Below are positions 24,622-45,923 of a stretch of 64,000 bases of DNA, in pieces. Both the position numbers and the translations under genes were made by a program. The notes beneath the pieces were generated by a model that worked only from the letters and a program-made list of their open reading frames with translations, had not been told where the DNA came from and ran no database searches. The DNA is from Botryllus schlosseri (Eukaryota), in assembly GCA_051294905.1 (NCBI GenBank), contig CM119385.1, positions 11,532,001 through 11,596,000 on the forward strand, given 5' to 3'. Numbering within the stretch: position 1 is the stretch's first letter; the number at the start of each line of letters is the position of its first letter.

Positions 24622-25739
24622 GTCGTTATCTACATCAAATGGCGGAAAGTAACATCAGTATGTTTATGCAGACTACTGAAATACAAATCAACAACATTAG
24701 GCGATCAAAAAAAACACAAACATCACTTAATACCTCAAAACAACACATACACGATATTACGGCAACATTAAAGGATACATTACATTGGGCATTCAGAAAA
24801 CCGATAATATCACTCGCACAACAACTAATTAGCAAGATACTGCTATGGGTAGAAAAAAAATCGAATATTCACCTGCAATCATTTTATTCTAAATTGATAT
24901 GAAACTTCCTAATTCATATCACGTAGCATTTAACATTGGTATATACCAACAGAACGAGAGTGTGCCCTATTTATTGTATTACATGCAAAGCAATGTTTGC
25001 AAATATCATGCACTACCGCGGTGCATATTTTCTCAATGATATACTCAACATAAGGGTATCGTCGTATGGCAGAGGCCTAATATCTCTTCATCAGGCTTGC
25101 AATATATCATTATTCATCACACATACATATCAAGCTATTCAGCTATTGGATGCATCATGGCATCGAATAAATAGGGTAGCCTTCTTGCTACGGGTTTACC
25201 CGCACACATCTCTTATCAAAACATTATGCTATATAAGCACCTGCGTCCTGACTCGCAGGAAATGCGACCCCTATCTGGGTATAGAAACCAATGATTGCAA
25301 GTTACTTTACAAAACTATACTTTGCCAATATCCCAATAACAGTAACCAACTAACGTCGTAGTGTAAGAGAATAAAATCGATCTACCTTATTGTTCTAATC
25401 TGTGTGATGCATGCTTGGAGCACCACTGTCCGCACATCTGCTAAACTTCTGCGATTTCCGAGCATTTTCTGACACTGCAGACGTCTTCTTCATTGTTGTC
25501 TTTGTTACGGCGTATTGATCGTCGAAAGCACAACCCCGCTGCATTTCTTCCTGGCAATAACGTCTCGTCGTTTTCTCTGAATGCTCTTTCTCGCCGCTGT
25601 GCAAGGCGAATCTTTATATTTACCGTTTCCGTGGTCCGATGCTGTATTGCTATTTCTCGCCGTCGGGCAGGGCGTATCTTTATATTGATTGTCTTCGGTC
25701 GGCCGGTCGTCGTGATTAATTAAATGTCGAGGGTCACCA

Positions 25740-26215
25740 TTTAACGCAGAGCGAATGTTTGTAGTTGTATAATTGTATATCTGACTCCAAGATGTATTAT
25801 TGACTCCAAGAAGGTTGCGTTTACAATTCGCTGCGTGTTTCTTCTTTCGTTCGACGAACCGGCGTAACCGCGCCGTACGGCCTTGTTGGCTGACGTACCA
25901 CGAAGCCTGTCTATTGGACACGTATTCGATGGATCACACTGACGAATATATTTTGTTTCTGTCTCCACGACTTGTAACTTTATTGAATCACGTACGACAA
26001 AGTAACGGACTTCCGAATCAGCGAAATATCAAGAATTGAATGACGGTCTCTCCTAGCCACGAGAGAGTACATGCCAAATTGTTATCTACGTTCACACGAT
26101 AGAATATACGACTTACAAAGGTCTTATCGGGTTCCAGTTCAGATAATTATGTAAGGTTTACCAACTCCTTATCGAATAATATTTAAATGGCGTTATACCA
26201 ATATACTCCGTTAAA
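25740..26215 (-). repeat. 5' LTR (476 bp)
   Basis: Direct repeat of 22753-23228, immediately followed on the minus strand by the tRNA-Trp-like PBS. Confidence 0.93.
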
Positions 26216-26897
26216 TAGAGCACGACAGCAATATTTAAATCCATGTATCCGTCAATGTCCGTCATGTATCCGTCGTGCAAAATATGACACTTGGCCTATA
26301 TGCAACAAACATGTTCATTAATTTTAGACATTCAAAAGAAGATTCAAATAGCTGTTTCAAACGAATGGATAGTAGCCTACCGCTGGCATAAAACTAATTT
26401 CCTGTCCTTTCATAGCACCGACAAACCGAAATGTTACCAAATAATTTCAAAAAAAAATGGCAATCAAAAATAGGATGAATGCACGACAATATTAGTCATT
26501 CTTCCTATCTTTTCATTTTTCCCCAATCTTGTGGTATTTTTAAATGGTGATTGATAAATAAATGAAATAGAAATGAATCCTAGTCGCTACCTCGAGATGG
26601 CGCGCTGTATCGTTTTCTTATCTTGCAATAGTTACGCTCAGCCGAATCTGCTTTAGACTTCCAGAGCAGAGATACGTTTTGTTGCGAAAAAACTTTGGAC
26701 TGTGAAGTCGGGATTGTGGCCAAAGTCCGAAGTCCTGTTTTACGCTTGGGAACTTTGACGTTACGGAGCGATCGTGAGGTTAGTGACGATTCATAACAAA
26801 AAGAATCAGTGGTTTAATGCGCTGGAAACACCAAATGTAAAAAGAGAGATACATACATACGTTAGGATATCGAAAAGCCGAAACACGGTCAATCTAT

Positions 26898-26927
26898 AGA
26901 TAACTAACCTCCGTAGGTTAGTTGTCT
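26898..26927. mobile_element. 30-bp hairpin micro-element made of fused termini of the 19176-20379 family
   Basis: AT|AGATAACTAACCT-CCGT-AGGTTAGTTGTCT|AT. The right arm matches the CCGTAGGTTAGTAATCT end at 20363-20379. Confidence 0.6.
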
Positions 26928-28719
26928 ATAGTCAATCAGTCTAACATCAATCTCGGCCCATTGATATTAATAGTATTCTGAACTTCTGCCTCTGTTTTTT
27001 TACGCTTCCTCGCTGTTTTCATTCATACTTGACCATGCCTTTCTCTGGGCATTTTGTAAGTCGCCATATGCTGTTGCGTAGTTCCATCTTAGTACCATCG
27101 CTCTGAAAATTGCAGAATTGATTAGTTCACTAACTGTACCCTACTTGTTTTAGCCTTTGGGTACAACTAGGTTTGAATTTCTTCAGTGATTTATGACTTG
27201 CTGGTACCATACCTTATCGGAAATGGCTTCATTACATTGACTGCACAGTAGTACAGTTATTATTATTCCTGTGATAGTTCTGATGGTAGAAGTGGGCTAC
27301 TATTCACTTAATGCTGTAACATTTAATGATAAAATTTCATTGAAAACTGTTATATTTCATGACAACCGTTTAAGTAGCCGATTGGGTTACAAGTGTTAGC
27401 ATTCTAAAGTTTGTTGCCGCACTTGAGAACAAGTAGATTGAATTACCATAGGAATGTAAATGAAATTTATTTTTCACTCATGTCATTATGTTGTAGTAAA
27501 TTTTTTGCATCTATATGTTCATGTTGAGAACCGTTACAGTAGGCCTACATGAACTACGGTGTTTGGTGATCTTGTCCAATTTTCGTGGTACAATTCCAAG
27601 TCATTGAAATCAACATTGATAGCAGTTGTCACTTGTCAGTGTAATCAATGAGACCTGATGGTGTACCGGTACTGCCTTTTTCTAATTCAATGTGATCTGG
27701 TATCATATCTCTGGTATCATGTTTGTTTCGCTCTCTCTTCAGGAGTGAATAGTAGAGAATATATCTGCGTATTTATATCAGATTGAATTTGATAATGGCA
27801 TTTTATACTTTATGCTGTCTATATGTGTCTTTTGCTGACAATAAATGTTCAGCTTAACTTTTAGATGAGCTGCACTTTGTTGGGTTCTGTCGTTTCAGTA
27901 TTTGTGCAACAAGTCAAGCTATGACTTTGTATACCTATGTAGCATATTTGTATGCAGTATTGACATGGATGACATGCAATCGTTGGGTGCGTTGATTGCC
28001 ATTTTGCTGGCGTTACTCTGTAGGATATATTGCAGCTCTTTGGCCAATCAAAGTGTAATGTTATTTATGTACGGTAAGACTTGATAATGATTAATGATTG
28101 ATGATATGTTGGTATTTGATGCTTGTGGTTTATTTGTGGATGCACGAGTGTGACGAGCCTAAGGTAACTTATCAATGTATACAACATTTTATTATATGGA
28201 ATATAAAAATATCAAATTTTATTAGCATATTTGAATATCTGAGTAAATCAGTGTATAGAGGCTACATTTCCCCTACATCCGATGTATCGCCTGAAATTAG
28301 TAATTAGAGCTACAGTATATAAGTGTCTATCAAAGTCTATAATTTACATTTTGATATCTCAGGCCCAAATGGTAGGAGCTATATTTTTCCAAATTAGTAT
28401 CTGTTAATAAAATAATAATGGAATGCCAGTAACTTGAATTACAGTACATGCTTATAACTTGAATTATAGATATTGAATTGTGATTGATATACTTTCTATG
28501 TTATTTAGTATCATTAACTAATTTGTGTCGGTATGCCATATACGGGTTTTATACTAACCTACCATCATGTGAGTAAAGGTTTGATGACGGTGCTATTATC
28601 TGATCAATCGCTGACAGTCTGGCTTGTGTTTTTGCCGGCAGGGTTATAATAGTATTTTTTCTGTTATGACATAAGCTGTGAACCGAAGACGCAAACTTTT
28701 GGTCCTCTGCCAAATAATA

Positions 28720-38253
<9,534 letters not shown>

Positions 38254-40151
38254 TGACGGTGTTGGAAAAATAATGGGAATTTCTTACCTGCCCGCTATTG
38301 ATCGTCTCCAATGTTGGCAAGAGATCAACGTAGGCTACGAAGTCGCAAATTTGCGGCAGTGACTTGTCAGATTCACATATGTGCCAATTTCGTCTATGCC
38401 CCAGTGCAGTTTGATATATACTGTATTCTTTGAAGTTAAACATGCGACCTATGACCTATGGCGCTATGGCACCTGCTTGTATAGGTGCCTAGTCGAAACG
38501 TAGGTATAGGCTGGTTTGTTGCATGAAATATCAAATTATCGAAGTTTATGCTTGTTAGAAAAGGTTTCTTACCAAATTTTGTAATTTTTGTTTGAATTTT
38601 GTGATTTTGAAAATTTCAATTACGTTGTCATGTTACCCGTCGTTTTGTAATAATGTGGTTACACATTTTCGTCTGTACGCTTCCATTTTCCTTTTTTTCT
38701 TCCAATTACCATACGTTCTTGCCACTTGTAATTTTCGTTACGCTTTCACGACTCAGTATCACCTAATCGCGCCAACCATTGTCAATTCAATTATGTTTTT
38801 TGATCACTTGTGGCATTTTTCTTGATGTTTTTTTCATTTTATTTTTAAATGTCAACGGCATGGGTCAGAATCGACTAACATCAGTCTGGGTCTGTATTGG
38901 GTCGCCTGTCGCCGTGACAGCATTTGCAGATGGGATCATGTCCGTCGACTTCGCCAGAATGGAAATGATAATAATGATGTAACGGCGTGAATAGACGTGA
39001 CGTGATGCAATGGAAGATCGTCATAATGTCCGAATGGACAATTCGCGGCTTACCCCACGTCATGTCAATCACGTCCATACTGATTTCGCAAATTCTACTC
39101 TCGCCATCATGTGGTTGATTTAATTTTCACCCCTTCAATTAGCATCATATTGATCGGATTCTAACGATCGGTAGGGTTATTTTTTTACTCTTGTTAGTTT
39201 TATTACCTTGAATAGTACCTTAACGTAGTGGTACATTGTGTTTTCGCGAGGTATTACGCTACCTAGTGCAATTATAATTGTTCTGTCCACATGGCGCTAT
39301 TCTGGATATCACCCGACGCTTTCGCATTTGAGAGGCCACGCTCCTACAATTGCTCTATGTCAATTTTGAAGTTTCGCGCGGATTAGCAGCAAGTGTGTAG
39401 TACCATTTCCATTACACTACGTCTATACTACTATACCATTGTATTTCTCTATTGCGTCCTGAATTGTCGATGATTTCTTTGGCCTGCCTAGTCCGACTTA
39501 TTGGTTGGATGGATTGTCGGACTTCTCTACAGTTTGTCTGTTTCTTCCGCTGCCACGCAGACACCGCATCTGTATACTAATCCATTGAACTATGCAATTT
39601 TTACTGCTTTTCGTGGGTGTCATTTTGCAAATACGGACTATCGAGCCTCAATATGTTGGCGTCGGCCAAATTTACGGGTTCATCGGTTTTGCCAACATAT
39701 ATTGAGCCCGATTTTTTTAGAAGTGTCGAATGTCCCGTATTGCCTTGGTGATATACCTAAATATATGTTACTATTGAAATCCTGAAAGCCGGTCGGTTGC
39801 GAGTTAGAAAGAATTATAACAAATATCAAGTTCAGTTCGTAGCAAATTAGATTCCATTCTCATAAGTATGAGAATGGCGAATGTCTGTGCACCAAGCCTG
39901 GCTTGCTTCACGATATACAGCTCTTCTGTAGCATTTTCAGAAAATAATTAGATTAAAATTAAAATTGGAGCCTTGCCAGGTAGTTATTTCGTCCAGTGGA
40001 GGTTATCCTTCGAGTCGAACCATTACGATTTGAATATATACGCAGTCTGCTGTAATGTAAGGATTTTACTTCATGTTGGTATAAACGCGTGCTCGGGGAT
40101 ACCGCGGACGCGTGTCCTACACGTATATTCTGGCTGATGGTGTAGATTGCA

Positions 40152-40499
40152 GGGGGACGTTCGCGTAGTGGTGACGACAAGCGCCCGCTACCCGGTCCGG
40201 GTTCTATTCCGCGTCGGATGCTGATCTCATGCCTGCGATCCGACTCTCACGCGTCGCTGTTCTTACGGCGACACAAAGACCCTGTGCAAAGAACGCACGT
40301 GGAATGGAAAGTGCCGCGGAATAAAGATTAACACCGAAAAACAACTGACATCGGGCACTAGGTCGAGATGGATGCCTGATTGAGAAAACGCAACTGGTCG
40401 TTCGGTATCATCCTGTCTGTTCATTCCTCACATTGTGTCTTATCGCATTATACATTATGTGTGCGTCTTGATCATATGAAAATAATAATCTGATTGATT
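40152..40499 (+). mobile_element. tRNA-headed SINE, copy A
   Basis: A-box-like CGCGTAGTGG, B-box-like GGTTCTATTCC, a central core shared with copy B (TGACATCGGGCACTAGGTCGAGATGGATGCC, 40346-40376) and a 3' end CATATGAAAAT...(TGAT)n. Confidence 0.7.
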
Positions 40500-40909
40500 T
40501 CCCGCTGTATTATCTCCAAAACGTTATGTTAAGTTGTTGTTAAGAGCCGAGACGCTCGTGTACACTGTACAATGTACATTCTCGCCCCGATTTTCATCTG
40601 TGCACTCATTGCAATTCTACATATAACCTTAGATTGAAACAGCGTTGGGATGACTCGAGTCACCTTTTTCGTATGTCTTGACTTAACTCGAGTCACTTTG
40701 CCACGAATCAGTCATTCATCGGATCTTTCTGGACTTTTTAGGTCACTACAATCGCAGTGAGGTCGACCATAGGAGTCCAGATAAACTTCCAACACGTAGA
40801 GGTAGAGCCGAGAATTGAACCAACAGCAATTGGTGCCGTATTGACGGTGTCGCGTAGCACACTGCGCCACTCTCTTCCCCCCTACAACGGAGCATATCCA
40901 TATCGAAAG

Positions 40910-40931
40910 CAGGGATATCTAGATATCCCTG
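40910..40931. mobile_element. 22-bp perfect palindrome with transposon-like ends and an 8-bp TSD
   Basis: ATCGAAAG|CAGGGATATCT-AGATATCCCTG|ATCGAAAG, with the direct repeats at 40902-40909 and 40932-40939. Confidence 0.7.
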
Positions 40932-41109
40932 ATCGAAAGGTTTGGTCATCGAGCGAAGGTCATTTTTGATCAAGGTTTTGTCGCCACTGATGTTTTTGGC
41001 GCCGCATTTTATCAACGGTATGTTGGCCAAAACTTTATATCTTCATGTGCCCAGACGCAGAAGGGGTTGGGCGTTGGCCTCGAAATGATTGAGTCTCATA
41101 GGCTTGAAC

Positions 41110-41930
41110 TAGGGCGGAGCATGGACCGGAGCCGGATTGGATATCCGGCCGGATTTTATAAATTTATAATATTTATAAATTACTTTTTTGATCCGGCCAG
41201 AATCTTTATTGATAAGCATGACTTTCGGAACTAATACTGAATGACTACCAACCAACCCCACGCAAGTAGCCGCCAAAGCCAATTCGAAAATAAACGAGCC
41301 ATATTTATAAATTCGCGGAACCATCGTACCGCGTAGGGTGGAGCATGGACCGCCGCCGGATTGGATGTCCGGCCGGCTTTTTAATTTTTAGCCGGATCCG
41401 GACCAGAGAATTGAAGAACAGGATCGGACTCGGACCAGACAATTTGTCGATCCGTTCCGCACTAGCCTGAATTAGCTCGCGTGAAATTTTGTCGGATTTG
41501 GATTGGATTAGGATTATAGATTTTTCCTGAACGGATTAGGATTTGGATTGAATTTGCCGATTTTCTGTGGGATTGATATGTCGTGTCACGTGTGGCGGAT
41601 GGCGACAAACTTTATTCAGATCAGTTATCAATGTAGCCTACTTATGGTAGGCTACACTACCCTATGGTACACTCGGTGCCAGTGAGCATTAGAGTTGTAG
41701 CCCGACACCAAGTCATCTTAAATCATGAGAATTGTTGGTTGTGAAAGAAAAATTTCCAATTCCTCCCTTGCATAAATTAGCATTTTGTTTTATGAATTTC
41801 AACTTGGAATCGGATTAGGATTGGACTTGGACTTGAATATACAGAAGTTCTGGATTAGCATTTGGATTTGGATTTGAAGCATCGGATTTGGATTGGATTA
41901 GGACATAGAAATTCCAAATCCGCTCATCTC
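41110..41930. repeat. Cluster of degenerate hAT-Ac-like MITE fragments rich in CCGGAT and GGATT motifs
   Basis: Two starts TAGGG(C/T)GGAGCATGGACCG near 41110 and 41334, a matching end GTTCCGCACTA near 41463, GGATTTGGATT tracts and an end CGCTCATCTCTG near 41932. Confidence 0.5.
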
Positions 41931-42248
41931 TGCCCCATGGGAAGCAAGAATAACGTGTTTTTTTTGGGGGGGGGGGTGGGGGGCTGACGAAGTGCTGTTT
42001 TGGCCCTGAGTAAAGGTAAACCTAACCCGGAGTGTCGTGAGGTCCATGATGAACTTTATACTAACAAGGAGTTGCTGGGGCAGGTTGTTTCTGGAATGTG
42101 ATTTGCCACGGCTCGTATAAACCAACGTATATGTACAAAAATGCTTTTTAATGCTAATCTAGTTTTTCGACTGTCCTTATTTTTGGGTCCATGTCGATGG
42201 CAACCCCGCATATATTTCTCGCGAGCCAAAGGTTCCCGACCACTGGTA

Positions 42249-42602
42249 TAGGGTTACCATACGTCCTCTTTTATGAGGACTTGTCCTCTTTTTTGAAAGT
42301 GTCCTCGGAGGACGCCCAAATGTCCTCTTTATTGAGATTTTGTCCTCTTTTTGAGAATTTTGGTTAAATATAGGGCTGTGACTAAAAAAAAGGTCATATT
42401 TCAGTCCTACTCCCGAATGATCCGCTTGAAACGTCCGCATTACATATTTCGCGTCATTTATGGCGTTTTTTAGTTCAGCCTGTCCATAAGACCAGCTGTC
42501 AAAGCTGTAAAGGAGGACGATTTTCAATATAACAGAAGACGTTTAGGCGTACTCGGAGGACATTTCCGATTTCCTGAAAAAGGAAGACATATGGTAGGCA
42601 TA
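42249..42602. mobile_element. Degenerate hAT (Tip100/Blackjack-like) MITE
   Basis: Left TIR TAGGGTTACCATACGTCC, degenerate right end AGACATATGGTAGGCATA, and internal (A)TGTCCTC / GAGGAC motifs. The TSD is not preserved. Confidence 0.5.
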
Positions 42603-43192
42603 ACCATAATCACTGCCTTTTATACATACGATTCGCAAGCGCAGACATTTCAATAAAATGAAAAGATAAGAATGAGTGGGAACGACTTATTGGTGTGATC
42701 AGACTAGTTGACCTTCACGGTCGTATCGATCATTCATATCTGATACCGAATAGCGAATACTGTGCATGCATATTTTCTGTACCATCATCATTGCCGTCTG
42801 TTTTTTTTTTAGGTATTTTGGTTGGATGAAAATAAAGACTCTATTGGAGTCAAAGGTCAAAGCTACAGTGCTACGATCAATCAGGTGACTCGGCTTTGAT
42901 GACTGTTAAATCGAGTCTCCCGTCTATGACGTGCTCATCTGTACATCGGTTTCACTCAATTGCATTTTGTAATGTATGTTATATTGACTTGCACGGTTCA
43001 CAAATAATAAGATTCTTGCTCTCATTTCTCCTTAGAAACAGAGTAACGCGGGCTGGTCAACATATCTTTGTGTTCAATCTTTATGTTTCTCATGTGGAAC
43101 GCCACAGTTAAATCTGGGTTGGTGACATTAGGACATCGAATTCGAGGAAATGGAGGTAAAATATTTCTGTGATCTCGGTGCGTAGCATTACA

Positions 43193-43570
43193 GGGGAGAT
43201 AGCGTATGGCGGTGAGCGTCAGCGCCATCCAAGCAGGCGGCACAAGTTCGATTCCGGGAGTCGTCGGAGGTTATTCTGGGCTCCTCGCCCCGATGTCGTT
43301 GTTCCTACGGCGACAAAAACAGCACAAAGACCCGATAACGAAAGAAAAAGAGCAAGAAATAGCTTCTAAAAAGGACTGACGAAGAAAGAGTAACTGTGAC
43401 TGTGACGTCGGGCACTAGGTCGAGGTGGATGCCAGTTCAAGAGACCCCAACTGGTTGGGTCGTTCGGCATCCCCTTATCTGCTCAAGTGCTCATTACATC
43501 GCATTGTGTGACTTGTATATCCCATTGTACTTGGGCATATGAAAATATAATCTGTCGATGGATTGATTGA
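43193..43570 (+). mobile_element. tRNA-headed SINE, copy B
   Basis: A-box-like TAGCGTATGGCGG, B-box GTTCGATTCC, the core TGACGTCGGGCACTAGGTCGAGGTGGATGCC (43403-43433) shared with copy A, and a (TGAT)n tail. Confidence 0.72.
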
Positions 43571-45923
43571 TGTCTTCAATTACACGACTAGGATCAGACT
43601 AACTGATCGATAAATCCTGTTACGATTCACTTATGAACTTGTGCGTACAACTGGTAATACATACCGTAAAATAAACTACGTCCTCTGGAAATACTGTCAG
43701 CTGTTGGTGTTTCAGACCAGTGACATGTTTCCTGCAGCCGGTCCCCCGAATATATATTTATATAATTTTATATCACAATTTCAAATTGCAGGAAGTTGGA
43801 CGCCTGTCTATTAATGAGAGAAATAAAGCATCAAAGGCTGTTTAAAAGTAGCTGCGTGAAGGCTACAGAGACCTCGTCAAATTCGGACTGTGCAATTAAG
43901 CGACACTTGGCAGTATAATCAGGCTCCGGATCGAAATGCCAAAACTGCCAAAAATAAAATTTTGAAAATGCTAAAAATAGGTATTTTTGAAAATATAGAT
44001 TTTTATGAAAGTTTTTGATAAAAATGTCGACAAGAATTTACAGGAGTTTGTATGAAGCGACAAAACCAGTGTGTAAAGCAGAATTCTTAAACTAGGGTCT
44101 ATTAATCCCTCGAGTGTCCGCAGTATTTTCAATATTATGTCTTCTATATATGTTCATTTCTTCTACGCCATTTTTGACCGCGGTGATAAGCGCCAAATTT
44201 TTATTTTAATATAAATAACAACAACAACAACAACAATATCCAGTGATTAGAAATTATATGATATTAAGCGATTGGAAAGTAGAAGATCTCTGCGCGCAAA
44301 AGTAGTAATCAAAATCAGCATATTTCGGAGTCTGTAATAGAGGGTCCTAACAAGGCCCCCAGATCTATACGTACCAGCATACTATACATTCAGTCCTTTC
44401 CTCGCTTTTCATTGCCGGGTGGATAATAATTTTTCATATAATATTCATTATTAAAGTCACTCATGATTTCTAACCATTGGTTGGGTAGTGAAGGCTGCGA
44501 TCCAAACGTGTTAGAATCCCTTTCGAATTGTTGTCATAAGTAATGTGACCTGTGTGAATGCCGGTAATTTTGCACGAATGGTGAATCGACTATTGAGAAT
44601 AGATATTGCAAACGCACTCGTCTTTTTATAGGAGAAATTTTGTCCACAACATCGTTTTCAAATCGGATTTAAATCTTGCTGTTTGATGTTTGAAATATGA
44701 AACTGAAGCATCTTATATAGTCCCTATATAATTGAATAAAAACATTGCAGTTTGGCTAATAATCCCAATTTAACATAGTGCGGCCCGCGAATGAATTCAG
44801 ATGTCGAATGCGGCCTGCGAATTGAAAAATTTTCCCACCTTTGCTCTAGGGCCACTTTTCAAATTTTGTAGAGGCCGCAATATCGAGATAAAATAAGCCA
44901 CAGTTTAACAAGCATGTTTTTAAAACTTTACGGCATTACAACGCTGTGCCCTGTAACATGGGAGACGGGCTAATTACCACAAAAAGGAATAATATTTTAT
45001 TAAATAAATGCAACAAAATATCATGATCACCTCATTCATTGTATTTTGCACTGTGAGCTGCTGCTCACGATGCATTACCTCACGGCAACACTTTTCAGCG
45101 ACTAAAGAATTATGATTTTGGGGTTAACTAAACAGTCTAAACACAGCACTTGCTGGAAAGTTATCTCCTTGTAAAGTGAGATCGTATAGGGAAGCACCAG
45201 GTCGTTTTCTATGAGCGTCTGGGCCATTGCACGTCCAGACAATATGCCAATTGCCCCTCTCTCCATGAAATGCTATTACCATCGGCGAAGTGGTATGATC
45301 TTGTTAGGAATTGTGATGTTGGACACATAAGAATAGCTTATTTTGAACACTAGCAACAATATTTTTAAACTGAAATCAATTTCATCATGTCAAAATGCTC
45401 TACTAAGCGTTTTTCCGAAATCTCCAATCAGATCGCGGGCCCCTGCTCCAGGCCGTGGGTTCTTAACCAAAGGTGGTCAGTAAGGAAGCACTTCTACTTT
45501 TTTGAAGTTTTCAAATAGTTTTGTTCTACTTGCAGTACTTATACTAAAATAAGTGTAATGTAATGTATTGGGGGATGACAAATGTTAAGAACCGCTGTTT
45601 CAAAAGAAAATTATTATTTGCGTTAGATAATGCGGTCGAATTCTTATGTCGTGGAAAATTAATTCCTCCCGGGATGTAGCGGGGCAAATCTAACTCGCTG
45701 CATCTTTCAGTTTCAATGCTGTTTTTGACAGTGCACAAGATCGTATTTACTTACTTGAGTAGAATTTAAGCCTCCCGATGCTGCTCCCACTTGACGTTCT
45801 TTGGGTGCTTTTAAAAACACTAATTCTAGTAGCCTACTGGACTAGAGTAGCTTTCTTTACTACTTTAACCACGTCTGTTCTTAGCCTGGGGTATGGACCC
45901 TGTATGGTTCCGAAGCAGGGGTA

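Larger units (their letters stand above)
22753..26215 (-). mobile_element. Young non-autonomous LTR retroelement (Gypsy-like derivative), 3463 bp, with non-canonical TT...AA termini
   Basis: Two 476-bp LTRs (22753-23228 and 25740-26215) that read identical, a 5-bp TSD TAGAG (22748-22752 and 26216-26220), a PBS TGGTGACCCTCGAC (minus, 25739-25726) and a PPT GGGAAGGGGGAA (minus, 23242-23231). No RT, RNase H or integrase core is visible. Confidence 0.93.

Noticed and set aside
25395-25604. DSGA motif (CADSGAPSM) as an aspartic protease remnant in the LTR element
   Set aside because: It is only four residues, without the hydrophobic context expected of a retropepsin active site.
27035-27062. ATG...TTT|GTAAGT (MPFSGHF) as an alternative first coding exon of HNF4
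   Set aside because: It has the same phase-0 incompatibility. A role as a 5' UTR donor remains possible but is unsupported.
43193-43270. tRNA gene
   Set aside because: A and B boxes are present, but I found no convincing cloverleaf, and the sequence continues into a SINE body shared with 40152-40499.
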